Positions 36,552 through 47,727 of a stretch of 64,000 nt of DNA are shown piece by piece (positions within the stretch are counted from its first letter, which is position 1; every line of letters begins with the position of its first letter). Source of the stretch: Candidatus Latescibacterota bacterium. GTDB lineage: Bacteria; Latescibacterota; UBA2968; GCA-2709665. The translations under genes and the position numbers were made by a program. The stretch lies in the NCBI GenBank assembly GCA_965219455.1, contig OZ244744.1, positions 2,368,001 to 2,432,000 of the forward strand, written 5' to 3'. Below the pieces are notes generated by a model. That model ran no database searches, was not told the DNA's origin, and saw nothing but the letters and a program-made list of their open reading frames with translations.

Positions 36552-39500
36552 ATGGCTATTTTATCCATTTTTCGCAAGCCGGTTGCATGGCCGCGTTTCC
36601 TTGCGTGCGCGGCCCTCGGTCTTTGTCTACTGCTGGCCGCCTCCACGCCCGTTCCGGGCCAGGAAGTCGAGGAGGAACGCGAAAGCTTCGAACTCGCGCA
36701 ACGCCTTTTCGATAACCGGGATTATGCCAATGCGGCGCAGGAGTTCCGACGCTTCAGCGCCACGTATCCCACAAGCGCGCGGCTTCCCTCGGCGCTCTAC
36801 CAACTGGGAGAAGCGCATTTCCTGGGCGAACATTACAAAAAAGCGGTCGACGCGTACGAGGACTTTCTCGTGCGCTATTCCGGACGCCTCGAAGCGGCGC
36901 CGGCCATGCGGCGCAAGGCCGAAGCCCTCGAGCGCCTCTCCGAGTATGCAAAGGCCGGAGCGGCCTTCCGGGAAGCACACGACCGGTTCGCAGGGGGGAA
37001 ACACGCCGCCCGGAACCTCCTCGCGGCGGGAATCAACTTTCACAAAGGAAGGGACCTGGACGCCGCCGGGAAGGCGTTCGGCGCGCTCGTGGCGAAATAC
37101 CCGCAATCCGACCTCGCTACCGAAGCCAACTACAAATGGGGGCTCGTACTGCTCGACGCCGGACGCGCCGAAGAGGCACTGGACCGGTTCAAATCGATAT
37201 CCGAACCCGGGGGAGATTCCAAGCGGACGCCGGACGCCCTGCTCGAGATCGGCAAGATCGCCCTTGGCATGATAAACGTGAAGGAAGCGGAAGCAGTCTT
37301 CGGCAGGCTGCGCAGGGCCTATCCGCGCAGTTCCGCGGCCGGCGACTCGTACCTGGAACAGGCCGCCTGGTTCGAAGGCAGGGGGAACCGGGCCAGGGCG
37401 GCCGAAGTCTACGGACTCGCCCGGGGAAGCCTTCCGAAAGGCGAGGATCGCCAGAGGGCGGTTCTGGGCCTGGGCAATGCCTATCTCGAACTCGGACGCG
37501 AACAGGAGGCGCTCGCGCTTTTCACCGAATTCATCAACGTAGTTGCCTCCAGCCCCTACCTGGATCGCGCATGGCTGGGCCTGGGGCGCGCCCACGCCGG
37601 GCTGAAACATTACCGCGAAGCCCAGAACGCGTTCCGCCGACTCCGGGAACTCTACCCCGAAACGGAGGCCGGCATTCAGGCGCACGCGGAGATGGGCGAC
37701 GCCTGGCGGGCCGCCGGCGCCCCGCGCCGGGCGCTGAGGGCCTACCGGTCCTATATCGAACGGACAGAGACGCCCGGGGCCGTGGCGGCGCAGTTGCGCA
37801 TCGCGCGCACGTACGAACAGGATCTGGGCTGGCACGACCTTGCCCTGCAGGTCTACCGGAGTCTGGTCGATACGGCCCCGGCCGCCGTTGCCGGCGAAGC
37901 GCAGTTCGGAATCGCCCGTGTTATGGATCAAACCGGGCGGCCGGACCTGGCCATCCGCGAATACCGTTCCTACCTGCAGAGATTCCATAAACGCGCAGTC
38001 GAGGCCGAAAACCGGATCCGGTACCTGCGGGAGTTCGGACCCGAAACTCCCGGGGTCCCGCCGGCCGAGCTGGCCGCGCTGCTTTCGAGTTTCCCGGCAA
38101 TCGCCGCCGATCCGCAGGCCCAGTTCGTACTCGGAAAGTTCCTCCACGGCCGCCGGTACTACGAAGAGGCCACCGAGAAACTGACGTTGGCGCTGTCCGT
38201 GGATCCGCTGCCGCCGTTCGCGCCCGAGGCCGCCTATCTTCTGGGCGAGAGCGCCCTGAAAATGGCGCGGAAAGCGGAACTGGAAGGCCGGCCGGAAAAG
38301 GCATCCTCCTGGCGGCAGAAAGGCCAGGCGGCGCTTCGGGACGTTGAAACCGGGCATCCCGAAAGCGGTTTCCGGGACGACGCCGCCCTTTTGCGGATCG
38401 AAACGGAAACCCGCCTGCCTGCCGCGCCGGACACCTGTCTGCGTGCGGGCGACAGCACGCACAGGCAGGCGGCGCAGGCAGCCGAGGCGGCCACCGATAG
38501 CGCGCTCGCGCGGATGCGGCTCGCGGCATACGAAGAATTCAAAGAGACCTACCCCAACTCCAACCGGCTGGACCACGCACTTCTGGGCATGGCCGACGCG
38601 ATGTACACGCTAAGCCGGTTTGAACCCGCGCGGATCGACACCGCCGTGGCGACCTACCGCGGCATCCGGAAAGCGTATCCGCAAAGCCCGGCCGCGGAAC
38701 GGGCAACCTACGGCATCGGGTTGTGCCAGGCCATGAAGAAAGACTACGTTGCGGCCGAGGAAACGCTGCGCGATTTCCTCTTCGAATTTCCACGGAGCGA
38801 CCTGGAGAGCCACGCCAGGTACCAACTCGGCCGCATCCTCCTGGAGCGCGGGTTCGCGCGGAGCGCGGCGGACGACCTGGCCGAGCTTCTCGCGGGGCCC
38901 GCGTCGCCCGAACTGGCGCGCGCCGCGCGCGCGCTGCTGGCCGAAAGCTCCTTCCGTGCAGGGGACTACCGTCGCGCCATCGATATTGACACCGGACTGC
39001 TGTCCCTCGGGCCAGACGGCTCCGTTCTACGCCGTCTGGCGCGGTCCTACCAGGCAAACGGGCAGGCAGTGGAAGCCATCGAGACCTGCGAGACCCTGCT
39101 GAGCGCTTTTCCCAACGCCGCGAATGCCGATAGCTTCGCATACGACAGGGCGCGGCTCCTGGCGGACCTCGATCGGCAGTCCGAAGCCGTCGCGGCCTTC
39201 AAGGCGTTCCCCAAACAGTATCCCGAAAGCCCGCTCAATGCGGATGCGGGCAAGACCCTCGCCGCCCTCCTGTTTGAAGCCGAGGACTACCAGAACGCGC
39301 TCGCCGCTCTTGTAAGTATCCCGGCGGACGCGAGGGACGCGTCGGTTGCCGGGCGCGAAGTCCTCAGCCTGTTCCGTCTCAAACGCATAAAGGAGGCGAA
39401 AAAAGCCGCGGGCCGATTCAAGAAAACCTTTCCGAACCGCCGTGACTGGCTGGCCCGGTTCAAGAACGAGGAGGGAAGGTATTTTCTTACCGCCGGCAAT

Positions 39501-40310
39501 TTCAAAAAAGCCCGTCAGGTTTTCGAGGGCGTCATCAGAAATCATCCCGGCGGCGAAGCCGCGGCTGAAGCCGCCTACTATCGCGCCCGGACCCTGAAAA
39601 GAGAAGGTGAGAAGGAAGCGTACCGGGAAGCCCTCGCCGGCTTGGTGAAAACCCGTTCAGGCAGTCGCCACTGGTCAGCAGCAGCCCTCGAATTGGCCGA
39701 TATACTTTACGACGACGGGGACTTTGAGAGGGCGTCCAGAGCCTATCGGAACGTGCTTGAAGCCGGCCCGTCGCCCGATGAAACGCCGAAGGTTCTGTCC
39801 AGGCTGATGAAGGTTCACAGACGCCTGAAGCTGTTCGATACGGCGATCGCCTATGCCAACCGGCTCATCCGCGAGTTTCCCCGGCACCGCCTCGCGGCGG
39901 ACGTCCCCATCGACATTGGAACGATGCTTCACGACAACAAGAATTACCGGGCCGCGATCGCACACCTGACGCCCCTGCTGAAAACGGCCGAGGAAAACGA
40001 TTGGTCAGGCATCCAGCACACGATTGCGGAGAGCCACTTCAAACTCGGAGACTTCGAAAGCGCGATCCGGGAATATCTGAAACTCCAGTACCAATTTCAA
40101 GGCAACCCGCGTTGGCGGGCCAACGCGCACTACGGTCTCGCCAACTGCTACGAAGCCCAGGGGAACTTTCAGGAGGCGATCCGGGAACTCGAGGCCATCC
40201 AGCGCCGGGAAGGGGCCGCCAGCGACCTGGGCCTCCAGGCCGGAAAACGCATCGAGATGCTGCAGGCCCTGATGCAACGCAGCCGGGAACCCGCGCCACC
40301 CGCGCAATAA
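36552..40310 (+). CDS. Large secreted tetratricopeptide-repeat protein (YbgF/BamD-like repeats)
   Basis: Signal peptide and many A..YP.S...A.Y.LG repeats over 1252 aa. Confidence 0.92.
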   Translation: MAILSIFRKPVAWPRFLACAALGLCLLLAASTPVPGQEVEEERESFELAQRLFDNRDYANAAQEFRRFSATYPTSARLPSALYQLGEAHFLGEHYKKAVDAYEDFLVRYSGRLEAAPAMRRKAEALERLSEYAKAGAAFREAHDRFAGGKHAARNLLAAGINFHKGRDLDAAGKAFGALVAKYPQSDLATEANYKWGLVLLDAGRAEEALDRFKSISEPGGDSKRTPDALLEIGKIALGMINVKEAEAVFGRLRRAYPRSSAAGDSYLEQAAWFEGRGNRARAAEVYGLARGSLPKGEDRQRAVLGLGNAYLELGREQEALALFTEFINVVASSPYLDRAWLGLGRAHAGLKHYREAQNAFRRLRELYPETEAGIQAHAEMGDAWRAAGAPRRALRAYRSYIERTETPGAVAAQLRIARTYEQDLGWHDLALQVYRSLVDTAPAAVAGEAQFGIARVMDQTGRPDLAIREYRSYLQRFHKRAVEAENRIRYLREFGPETPGVPPAELAALLSSFPAIAADPQAQFVLGKFLHGRRYYEEATEKLTLALSVDPLPPFAPEAAYLLGESALKMARKAELEGRPEKASSWRQKGQAALRDVETGHPESGFRDDAALLRIETETRLPAAPDTCLRAGDSTHRQAAQAAEAATDSALARMRLAAYEEFKETYPNSNRLDHALLGMADAMYTLSRFEPARIDTAVATYRGIRKAYPQSPAAERATYGIGLCQAMKKDYVAAEETLRDFLFEFPRSDLESHARYQLGRILLERGFARSAADDLAELLAGPASPELARAARALLAESSFRAGDYRRAIDIDTGLLSLGPDGSVLRRLARSYQANGQAVEAIETCETLLSAFPNAANADSFAYDRARLLADLDRQSEAVAAFKAFPKQYPESPLNADAGKTLAALLFEAEDYQNALAALVSIPADARDASVAGREVLSLFRLKRIKEAKKAAGRFKKTFPNRRDWLARFKNEEGRYFLTAGNFKKARQVFEGVIRNHPGGEAAAEAAYYRARTLKREGEKEAYREALAGLVKTRSGSRHWSAAALELADILYDDGDFERASRAYRNVLEAGPSPDETPKVLSRLMKVHRRLKLFDTAIAYANRLIREFPRHRLAADVPIDIGTMLHDNKNYRAAIAHLTPLLKTAEENDWSGIQHTIAESHFKLGDFESAIREYLKLQYQFQGNPRWRANAHYGLANCYEAQGNFQEAIRELEAIQRREGAASDLGLQAGKRIEMLQALMQRSREPAPPAQ

Positions 40311-40355
40311 CAGTCCGTTTTCAGAAATCGAATCCGAATTACCCGATCATTCGCT

Positions 40356-41903
40356 ATGGCCGCACCATCTAAAAAAGACGCGCTGATTGTGTCCGCCGAT
40401 CCGGATATGGGCCAGGCCCTGCGCTCGGAACTGGAGGCGCAGGGATGGAAGACCATTCTGACCAATAGCGTGGGACCCGTGCCGAAGCTGCTCAGGCGGG
40501 GAGCCGTCGACCTGCTCCTCGTGGACGAGGCAAACCTGTCGCGCGCGGTCTCGGACCCGGACCGCACCCTGCTGGCGGGCGCCGGCGGCGTTTCCCTCCT
40601 GGTCTTCCTGACGCCGGAGCGACGCCAGGACCGCACGCTGCTCCAGGGGCTGGAGCCCCGGGCCATCCTGGACCTGCCGATGGACGCCGAGCAGGTCAGG
40701 CAGGCGCTGCAACTGGTCAGCGAACAATCTCTGTCGACCATCGGCACGGATCTGCTGGGCAATTCCACAGCCATCAACCGGATCCGCGAAACCATCCGCC
40801 AGGTGGGTCCGGTTCCCGTCAGCGTGCTCGTCACCGGCGAAAGCGGTTCGGGAAAAAACATGGTGATCCAGGCGTTGCACCGGCACAGCGCCCGGGCGAA
40901 CGCGCGGCTCATCACCGTAAACTGCGGGGCCATTCCCGAGACCCTGCTGGAGAGCGAACTCTTCGGCCACGAGAAGGGTGCGTTCACAGATGCGCGAACC
41001 CGGCGACAGGGCATCTTCGAGGCCGCGGACGGCGGTACCGTCTTGCTGGATGAAATTGGTGAAATGACCCTCACCGCCCAGGTCCGCCTGCTACGGGTAC
41101 TCGATACCCGGGAGATCACGCGCCTGGGCAGCACGCAGCCCATCAAAGTGGACGTGCGGGTGCTCGCCGCAACCAACCAGGACCTCTATCAGGCCGTTGA
41201 CCAGGGTCGCTTCAGGAGCGACCTCTATCACCGCCTCAGGGTGGTTGAACTCCGGGTGCCGCCCCTTCGGAGCCATCCGGAGGACATACCGATGCTGGTG
41301 GACCACTTCATCCAGCTGTACCGGAAGGAACATGGCGTGCCGCCCGTCGAACTGGACGCCGGGGCGATGGATATCCTTTTCAACTACCGCTGGCCCGGCA
41401 ATATCCGCGAACTCCGGAATCTGATCGAGCGTCTGATGGTCCTTTCCGTCAACCGCAGGATCGGGTCGGCCGATATCACCCAACACCTTGAAGGCATGGA
41501 CCCTTCGCAGGTTGCAAAACGCGCAACTTCCAACCTGCCGGTCCACGTGGGCAGAACCCCCGAAGAATCCCAGCGGGACCTGCTGTACTGGGCGGTTCTC
41601 GAAGTTGCAAGAGACATCAAGGAACTCAAAGCCTACCTGATGGAGAACACCGCCAACATGCCCTCCCTGCCCGCCTATACTCAGGGCGCCTCTCCGGTTG
41701 CCGACCGCGTCGAGGAAGTCGAATACACGGAAGCCGACGCCGGGCCGCCGCCAGGCGACGAGATCAAGTCCCTCCGCGAAGTGGAGCGCGAAACCATCGC
41801 CCGGGCGCTCCGGGCCACCGGCGGCCACCGCAAACGCGCGGCCGTGCTGTTGGACATGCCCGAGCGCACGCTCTACCGGAAAATTCAGCAATACAAGCTG
41901 TAG
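40356..41903 (+). CDS. Sigma54-interacting (NtrC-family) transcriptional regulator
   Basis: Receiver-like N-terminus, GESGSGK, ESELFGHEKGAFTDA, WPGNIREL and a C-terminal Fis-type HTH. Confidence 0.93.
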   Translation: MAAPSKKDALIVSADPDMGQALRSELEAQGWKTILTNSVGPVPKLLRRGAVDLLLVDEANLSRAVSDPDRTLLAGAGGVSLLVFLTPERRQDRTLLQGLEPRAILDLPMDAEQVRQALQLVSEQSLSTIGTDLLGNSTAINRIRETIRQVGPVPVSVLVTGESGSGKNMVIQALHRHSARANARLITVNCGAIPETLLESELFGHEKGAFTDARTRRQGIFEAADGGTVLLDEIGEMTLTAQVRLLRVLDTREITRLGSTQPIKVDVRVLAATNQDLYQAVDQGRFRSDLYHRLRVVELRVPPLRSHPEDIPMLVDHFIQLYRKEHGVPPVELDAGAMDILFNYRWPGNIRELRNLIERLMVLSVNRRIGSADITQHLEGMDPSQVAKRATSNLPVHVGRTPEESQRDLLYWAVLEVARDIKELKAYLMENTANMPSLPAYTQGASPVADRVEEVEYTEADAGPPPGDEIKSLREVERETIARALRATGGHRKRAAVLLDMPERTLYRKIQQYKL

Positions 41904-41906
41904 AAA

Positions 41907-42210
41907 ATCAGCGGTCAGCTATCAGCCGTCAGCATTCAGCTTGAAGCAAAAGGCGAAAACCAGACTCCAAATCCACATCTCCCCAAATTCCCTGCCTTCG
42001 GCGGGAATAGCGGTCAGCTATCAGCCGTCAGCGGTTAGCTGGAGGCGGTTGGCGATATGGACACGCGACGTCAATCAACGATATCCGCACCATTATGTGG
42101 GCAACCGCCGGTTGCCCCTACGAATGCAACGGCGGCGCGGAATAGCCCGCGGATTGATGGGTTCTCCTGTCGTGCGACCGGTGGCGGCGATGGGGGTTTT
42201 TTTTCCTCTC
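41907..42210 (+). repeat. Repeat island between the regulator and degP
   Basis: TCAGCGGTCAGCTATCAGCCGTCAGC..TTGAAGCAAAAGGCGAAAACC, the 5' part of element F and a REP at about 42099-42121. Confidence 0.8.
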
Positions 42211-42343
42211 CCCTCTACCTTCTTACGTCTCGCCGATTTTCCGGAACCTTTCCCCTGCCTTCAGGGTCTAACACCCGTAAACCCGGGTAATCCATCTTCG
42301 AGTTGTCGAGCCAACCAGAAAACAAGAGAAAGGGCTTTTCCCG

Positions 42344-43795
<1,452 letters not shown>

Positions 43796-43849
43796 AAACG
43801 CATCCGGCGGCGACGCGGCTCACGTCACCACGTCGATATCTTACGAATG

Positions 43850-43880
43850 AAGCCCGGCGGACATTCCCGCCGGGCTTTCT
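43850..43880 (+). terminator. Terminator after degP, followed by a GTAG REP at 43893-43920
   Basis: AAGCCCGGCGG-loop-CCGCCGGGCTTTCT. Confidence 0.75.
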
Positions 43881-43935
43881 GTCAATTTTAGCGTAGGGGC
43901 GACTGGCCGGTCGCCCCTACAGGAGCGGTCCCGGT

Positions 43936-45684
43936 TTACGGGACCGCTTTTTTTATTTCGATGACGTAGGTTTTGGGAGATTTCGTGGTGTGAATCAACT
44001 TGAAGTTCTTGGGATAGGCTTTCAGAACCGGAGCGATATACTTCAATTTTTCTTTAAAATACGGAATGTTGTCCAGCAGAATGTAGTCGTATTTCTTCAG
44101 GGCCGGCAGGGCTTTTGCAGGATCCTCGATGCGGGGATAGCCATCGGTTTCACGACCCGACCAGAACCACACGAGTGTCGGCTTCCGCGTGGTGACGCGG
44201 CTCTGGTGAGGCGTGTTGTACTTCATCCAGACACTGGCCACGTGGTACGACTTCCAGTATCCATGATAGCCCGGCGTCATCCGCTGGCTCCTCATTGTTG
44301 CAAAATTCACGAACATGGACGGCAGCAGGAATACACAGGCCAAGAACACGGGGCTGCGCCTGGCCAGGACCGGTCGTTGAAAGAGGGCCGCCATTTTTCC
44401 CAGTGGCAGGTAGCGTGGAAAACGTCTCGTCGGGGAAACGGATTCGGGAAAGCGGTTGCAGATCTTATCGATGCCCTTGAAAATATAGAAGACGATGAAC
44501 GGCAGGATGGGGAGGAGGTAGCGATGGGGAGAACCGGGCAGGGTGAAGAGGGTCGTAACATATCCCATAACGTACCAGTCGTGGACCTCCAGGCTTCGCA
44601 GGAGCGAGAGCGGCTTTCTGTTCGCGGGTTTTCTTCCGAACACAAACCCGATGGCGATCGTAATCAGAATCAACCACCCGATGGGGCGCCATTTCGCGGA
44701 AATCGGCAGTTTCGCCATATATCTTCCAGGCAGCAGGAGGTATTCCAGGCTTTCCAGATAGCCGACCGGGTTCTTGCGGAAGAAGTAGTAAGAGAAATTC
44801 TGCCAGAAGGAACCCACCTCGCTATCCGGGATGTTGAATCCCGTGGTAATCTGGTTGATCATTCCGAAGTAGCCCTGTGATTCGGGAAAGTTGACCCTTA
44901 GGTAGAACACCCACGGCAGCACCCATACGGAGGTGAATGCGACAAGAAGCAGAGATTTTTTTGTCTCCTTGCGAAGCAAGAGGTAGATGGTTGCCGCGAT
45001 CACCAGGTATATGGATGGCGATTTCACGTGGTAGGCCCACCCCACGGCGCAGGCGGCGGCAATCAGCCATTTCCAGGAAATACCTGGACACCGAATGTAT
45101 TGGAGGATTGCCCACAGAGCGAGCATCGAAAACGCCGGAAAGGGGATGTCCGCGGTGACGACATTGGAGTATTCCACGGCAAGCCAAAATGCCCCTGAAA
45201 CCAGCGCGATCAGAAGCGCCCGGTTGTTGTCGATGAATTCCCGGAGGACCAGGAACGTGGAGAGCGGGAATAAAAAACCCGATACGGCGATCGTGGCCTT
45301 GAGTGCGGGCACACTGTCCGGAAACAGAACGACAGCAGGCATCAGCATGGTTTTCACGCCCAGACCGTACTGGCTGTCGAGAACGCCCTTTCCCTGGACC
45401 AGCCGCCTGGCATCCCTGATGTACACGACATTGTCCCCGATAATGTGTACCCATTCGTTGCATGTGAGTAGGTACATGCCGACAATGGCGACGGTGCCCA
45501 CGACTGCCGCGCTCAGAAACCGGTGTTCGGGAATCTGTCTGAACGCGGCCAGGGCTGCGACGCAGAGAATCACCGTCATGCAGACCATTACCGGCACGAC
45601 CGTCGCCATGTTCAGATCGAAATAACTCTGGAAGGCCAGCAGAATAACCAGACAAAACGCTAAGATAAGCCTGAGACCAGGCAT
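43936..45684 (-). CDS. Polytopic membrane glycosyltransferase (GT-C, ArnT/PMT-like)
   Basis: More than 10 TM segments, a GDNVVY loop motif and RYLLPILPF. Start refined to MPGLRL. Confidence 0.75.
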   Translation of the reverse strand: MPGLRLILAFCLVILLAFQSYFDLNMATVVPVMVCMTVILCVAALAAFRQIPEHRFLSAAVVGTVAIVGMYLLTCNEWVHIIGDNVVYIRDARRLVQGKGVLDSQYGLGVKTMLMPAVVLFPDSVPALKATIAVSGFLFPLSTFLVLREFIDNNRALLIALVSGAFWLAVEYSNVVTADIPFPAFSMLALWAILQYIRCPGISWKWLIAAACAVGWAYHVKSPSIYLVIAATIYLLLRKETKKSLLLVAFTSVWVLPWVFYLRVNFPESQGYFGMINQITTGFNIPDSEVGSFWQNFSYYFFRKNPVGYLESLEYLLLPGRYMAKLPISAKWRPIGWLILITIAIGFVFGRKPANRKPLSLLRSLEVHDWYVMGYVTTLFTLPGSPHRYLLPILPFIVFYIFKGIDKICNRFPESVSPTRRFPRYLPLGKMAALFQRPVLARRSPVFLACVFLLPSMFVNFATMRSQRMTPGYHGYWKSYHVASVWMKYNTPHQSRVTTRKPTLVWFWSGRETDGYPRIEDPAKALPALKKYDYILLDNIPYFKEKLKYIAPVLKAYPKNFKLIHTTKSPKTYVIEIKKAVP

Positions 45685-45686
45685 GT

Positions 45687-46415
45687 CTACACTCCGGAGA
45701 AACGGTATCTTAGAAGGGTCTTGATATTGATGAAGAAGTCGATCCACCGCACCTTCTTGCCGGCGCTCACGTCCCGGCCCCGGTACGTAATCGGGACGTC
45801 CACGATCCGGCATCCTTTTTTCAGGAGCTTGGCCGTGAGTTCGTGTTCCAGGTCGAAGCCGTCTCGCACCAATGGTATTTGACGTAGAGTATCGGTCCGG
45901 TAGAGTTTGTACCCCGTGCAGAGGTCGGTGATACGGGAGAAGAACAGAAAGTTCGTTAACCACGTAAGGAGCTTGTTCGCGATGAAGTTCGGCAACTTCA
46001 TGCCTTCGATATCGCCCAGGAAACGCGAACCGAACACCGCGACGATTGATGGATCACGCAGAAAGGGCGCGATCAGTTCGGGGACATCTTCCGGCGCGTA
46101 TTCCAGGTCGGCATCCTGGATGAGCGCCCAGTCTCCGGTTGCGTGTTCCAGCGCCGTGCGAACCGCCGCGCCCTTTCCCCTGTTCCGAGGATGGCGAACG
46201 ACCCTGATTCCGGCATCGTCCAGGTTCCTCAATATATTTTCGGAGCCGTCGGTGGAGCCGTCATCCACGATGATGATTTCTTTGCGCACGCCTTCCTGAA
46301 CGGGCACGGCCCCGACGCGGTCGATCACGGCGCACAGCGTGTCTGACTCGTTATACACGGGAATCATGATGGATAGCAGGTAATCCCGAGAGGATGCGTT
46401 GACGTTTTCCTCCAT
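45687..46415 (-). CDS. GT2 glycosyltransferase (polyprenol-phosphate glycosyltransferase-like)
   Basis: IPVYNE, VDDGSTDG, NRGKGAA, QDADLEY. Confidence 0.92.
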   Translation of the reverse strand: MEENVNASSRDYLLSIMIPVYNESDTLCAVIDRVGAVPVQEGVRKEIIIVDDGSTDGSENILRNLDDAGIRVVRHPRNRGKGAAVRTALEHATGDWALIQDADLEYAPEDVPELIAPFLRDPSIVAVFGSRFLGDIEGMKLPNFIANKLLTWLTNFLFFSRITDLCTGYKLYRTDTLRQIPLVRDGFDLEHELTAKLLKKGCRIVDVPITYRGRDVSAGKKVRWIDFFINIKTLLRYRFSGV

Positions 46416-46559
46416 TCTGCCCTTCTTATTGTCCTTCTGCCGGAATGCAGACAAAGGTGATCCAATAGATAGCGCCGTCCACCTTCCAGTGCGGGAGACG
46501 GCGGCGAGTCGTGGCGTGTCCGGACACAGGATTCCGAGTTCAGGGTTCGATGTACGTGT

Positions 46560-47648
46560 TCAGGCGGCACATCCCGGCGCAACCTGTTTGACCTCGAGGC
46601 CAGCGGGATCAACCGTTGCGGGGAGGATTCGCGCCGTGGGGACGGCGGAAAGGACCTCCCGCCACGCGGCGGACAATTCCGGAACCGCCCGGGGGTGCGG
46701 CGCAAGCGCCCAGACGCACCCGCCGTTTCCGCTGCCAGCGGTAGCAAAGCCCGCACCGAATGAGTTGCACACACCCTGAAGTTTTTCTCCGAGCACGGTT
46801 ATTCGGGCAGGTACAATCGCACAGCGAATACCGGTTTCTTCGTCCATCAGCCCGGCGGCGACCTTCCAATCGGCCCGTTTCAGCGCCTCAGCGAACTCCG
46901 CGGCGATTTCATTGACCCGGAACCACCGGCTTCGGTGTCGACCCGCCAGGAAGTCATCGACCTGCCGGCTGTTGACGTCGTTGGAGTCGTGCGGTTTGCC
47001 AATATAGGCGATGAGCAAACGGTCACTGAGGGCGCTGTACTGATCCCGGGCGAGAATCGCCTCCTTGCGGAACTTTCCACCCGGGTCGCCGTAGGTCCAA
47101 TGCCAGGTGTTGACGCCACCGTACGTGGCGGCGCACTGGTCCTGAAGGCCGGTATAGGAGTATCTGAGACCGTCTTCAATATTGTAGACGATCTCGATGA
47201 TTTCCTCCGGCGAAAGGCAGCCGCCGCCGACCAACTCACGCGCGCAGGCAAGGGCTCCCGCCAGGGCGACGGAGAGCGTGCCGGAACCGCCCACGCCGCT
47301 GCGGGGCGGACAGCCGTACGCGATCTCGATTTCGACGCCGGCAAGGGCGAAATGTGCGGCAATGGCGAAAAACAGCCCGAAATGCCCCGTCAGGTCGAGC
47401 GCATCGGCGGGAAACGCTTCGTGGTGAAATTCGTCCACAATGCGCACCCAGCCAGGCCTGTACGCTTTAAGGCGAATGCCTGTGCGCGCGGAGATGGCGA
47501 TGTTGGTCGTGGCGGGATTCAGGCTGGCATAGGGCAGCGCGAAACACTTGAGGTCCCACGTGCCGCCGACGTCCAGGCGGGACGGCGCCGAAGACAGGAT
47601 TTCAACCGTCTTAAGGTGCGCGCTGAGATCGGAGTATGCTTCTTGCAT
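46560..47648 (-). CDS. GHMP-family sugar kinase (HddA/heptose-7-phosphate kinase-like)
   Basis: SAPSRLDVGGTWD, PPRSGVGGSG, GLQDQ...YGG, GSGNGG. Confidence 0.82.
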   Translation of the reverse strand: MQEAYSDLSAHLKTVEILSSAPSRLDVGGTWDLKCFALPYASLNPATTNIAISARTGIRLKAYRPGWVRIVDEFHHEAFPADALDLTGHFGLFFAIAAHFALAGVEIEIAYGCPPRSGVGGSGTLSVALAGALACARELVGGGCLSPEEIIEIVYNIEDGLRYSYTGLQDQCAATYGGVNTWHWTYGDPGGKFRKEAILARDQYSALSDRLLIAYIGKPHDSNDVNSRQVDDFLAGRHRSRWFRVNEIAAEFAEALKRADWKVAAGLMDEETGIRCAIVPARITVLGEKLQGVCNSFGAGFATAGSGNGGCVWALAPHPRAVPELSAAWREVLSAVPTARILPATVDPAGLEVKQVAPGCAA

Positions 47649-47727
47649 AGGCGAAATCGTTTCAATGGTCGCAATGAGAGTGTTCCGTGAGCCGTTCCTT
47701 GAGCACGCTTTGGTAGGCGGTCTTCAA

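Noticed and set aside
36627-38576. Long antisense ORFs (also at 34405-35886, 30836-32050 and 57760-59082)
   Set aside because: These are shadow frames of GC-rich genes with no recognisable motifs.
40975-40995. GAFTDA instead of GAFTGA in the NtrC-like regulator
   Set aside because: This variant is common among enhancer-binding proteins and is not informative alone.
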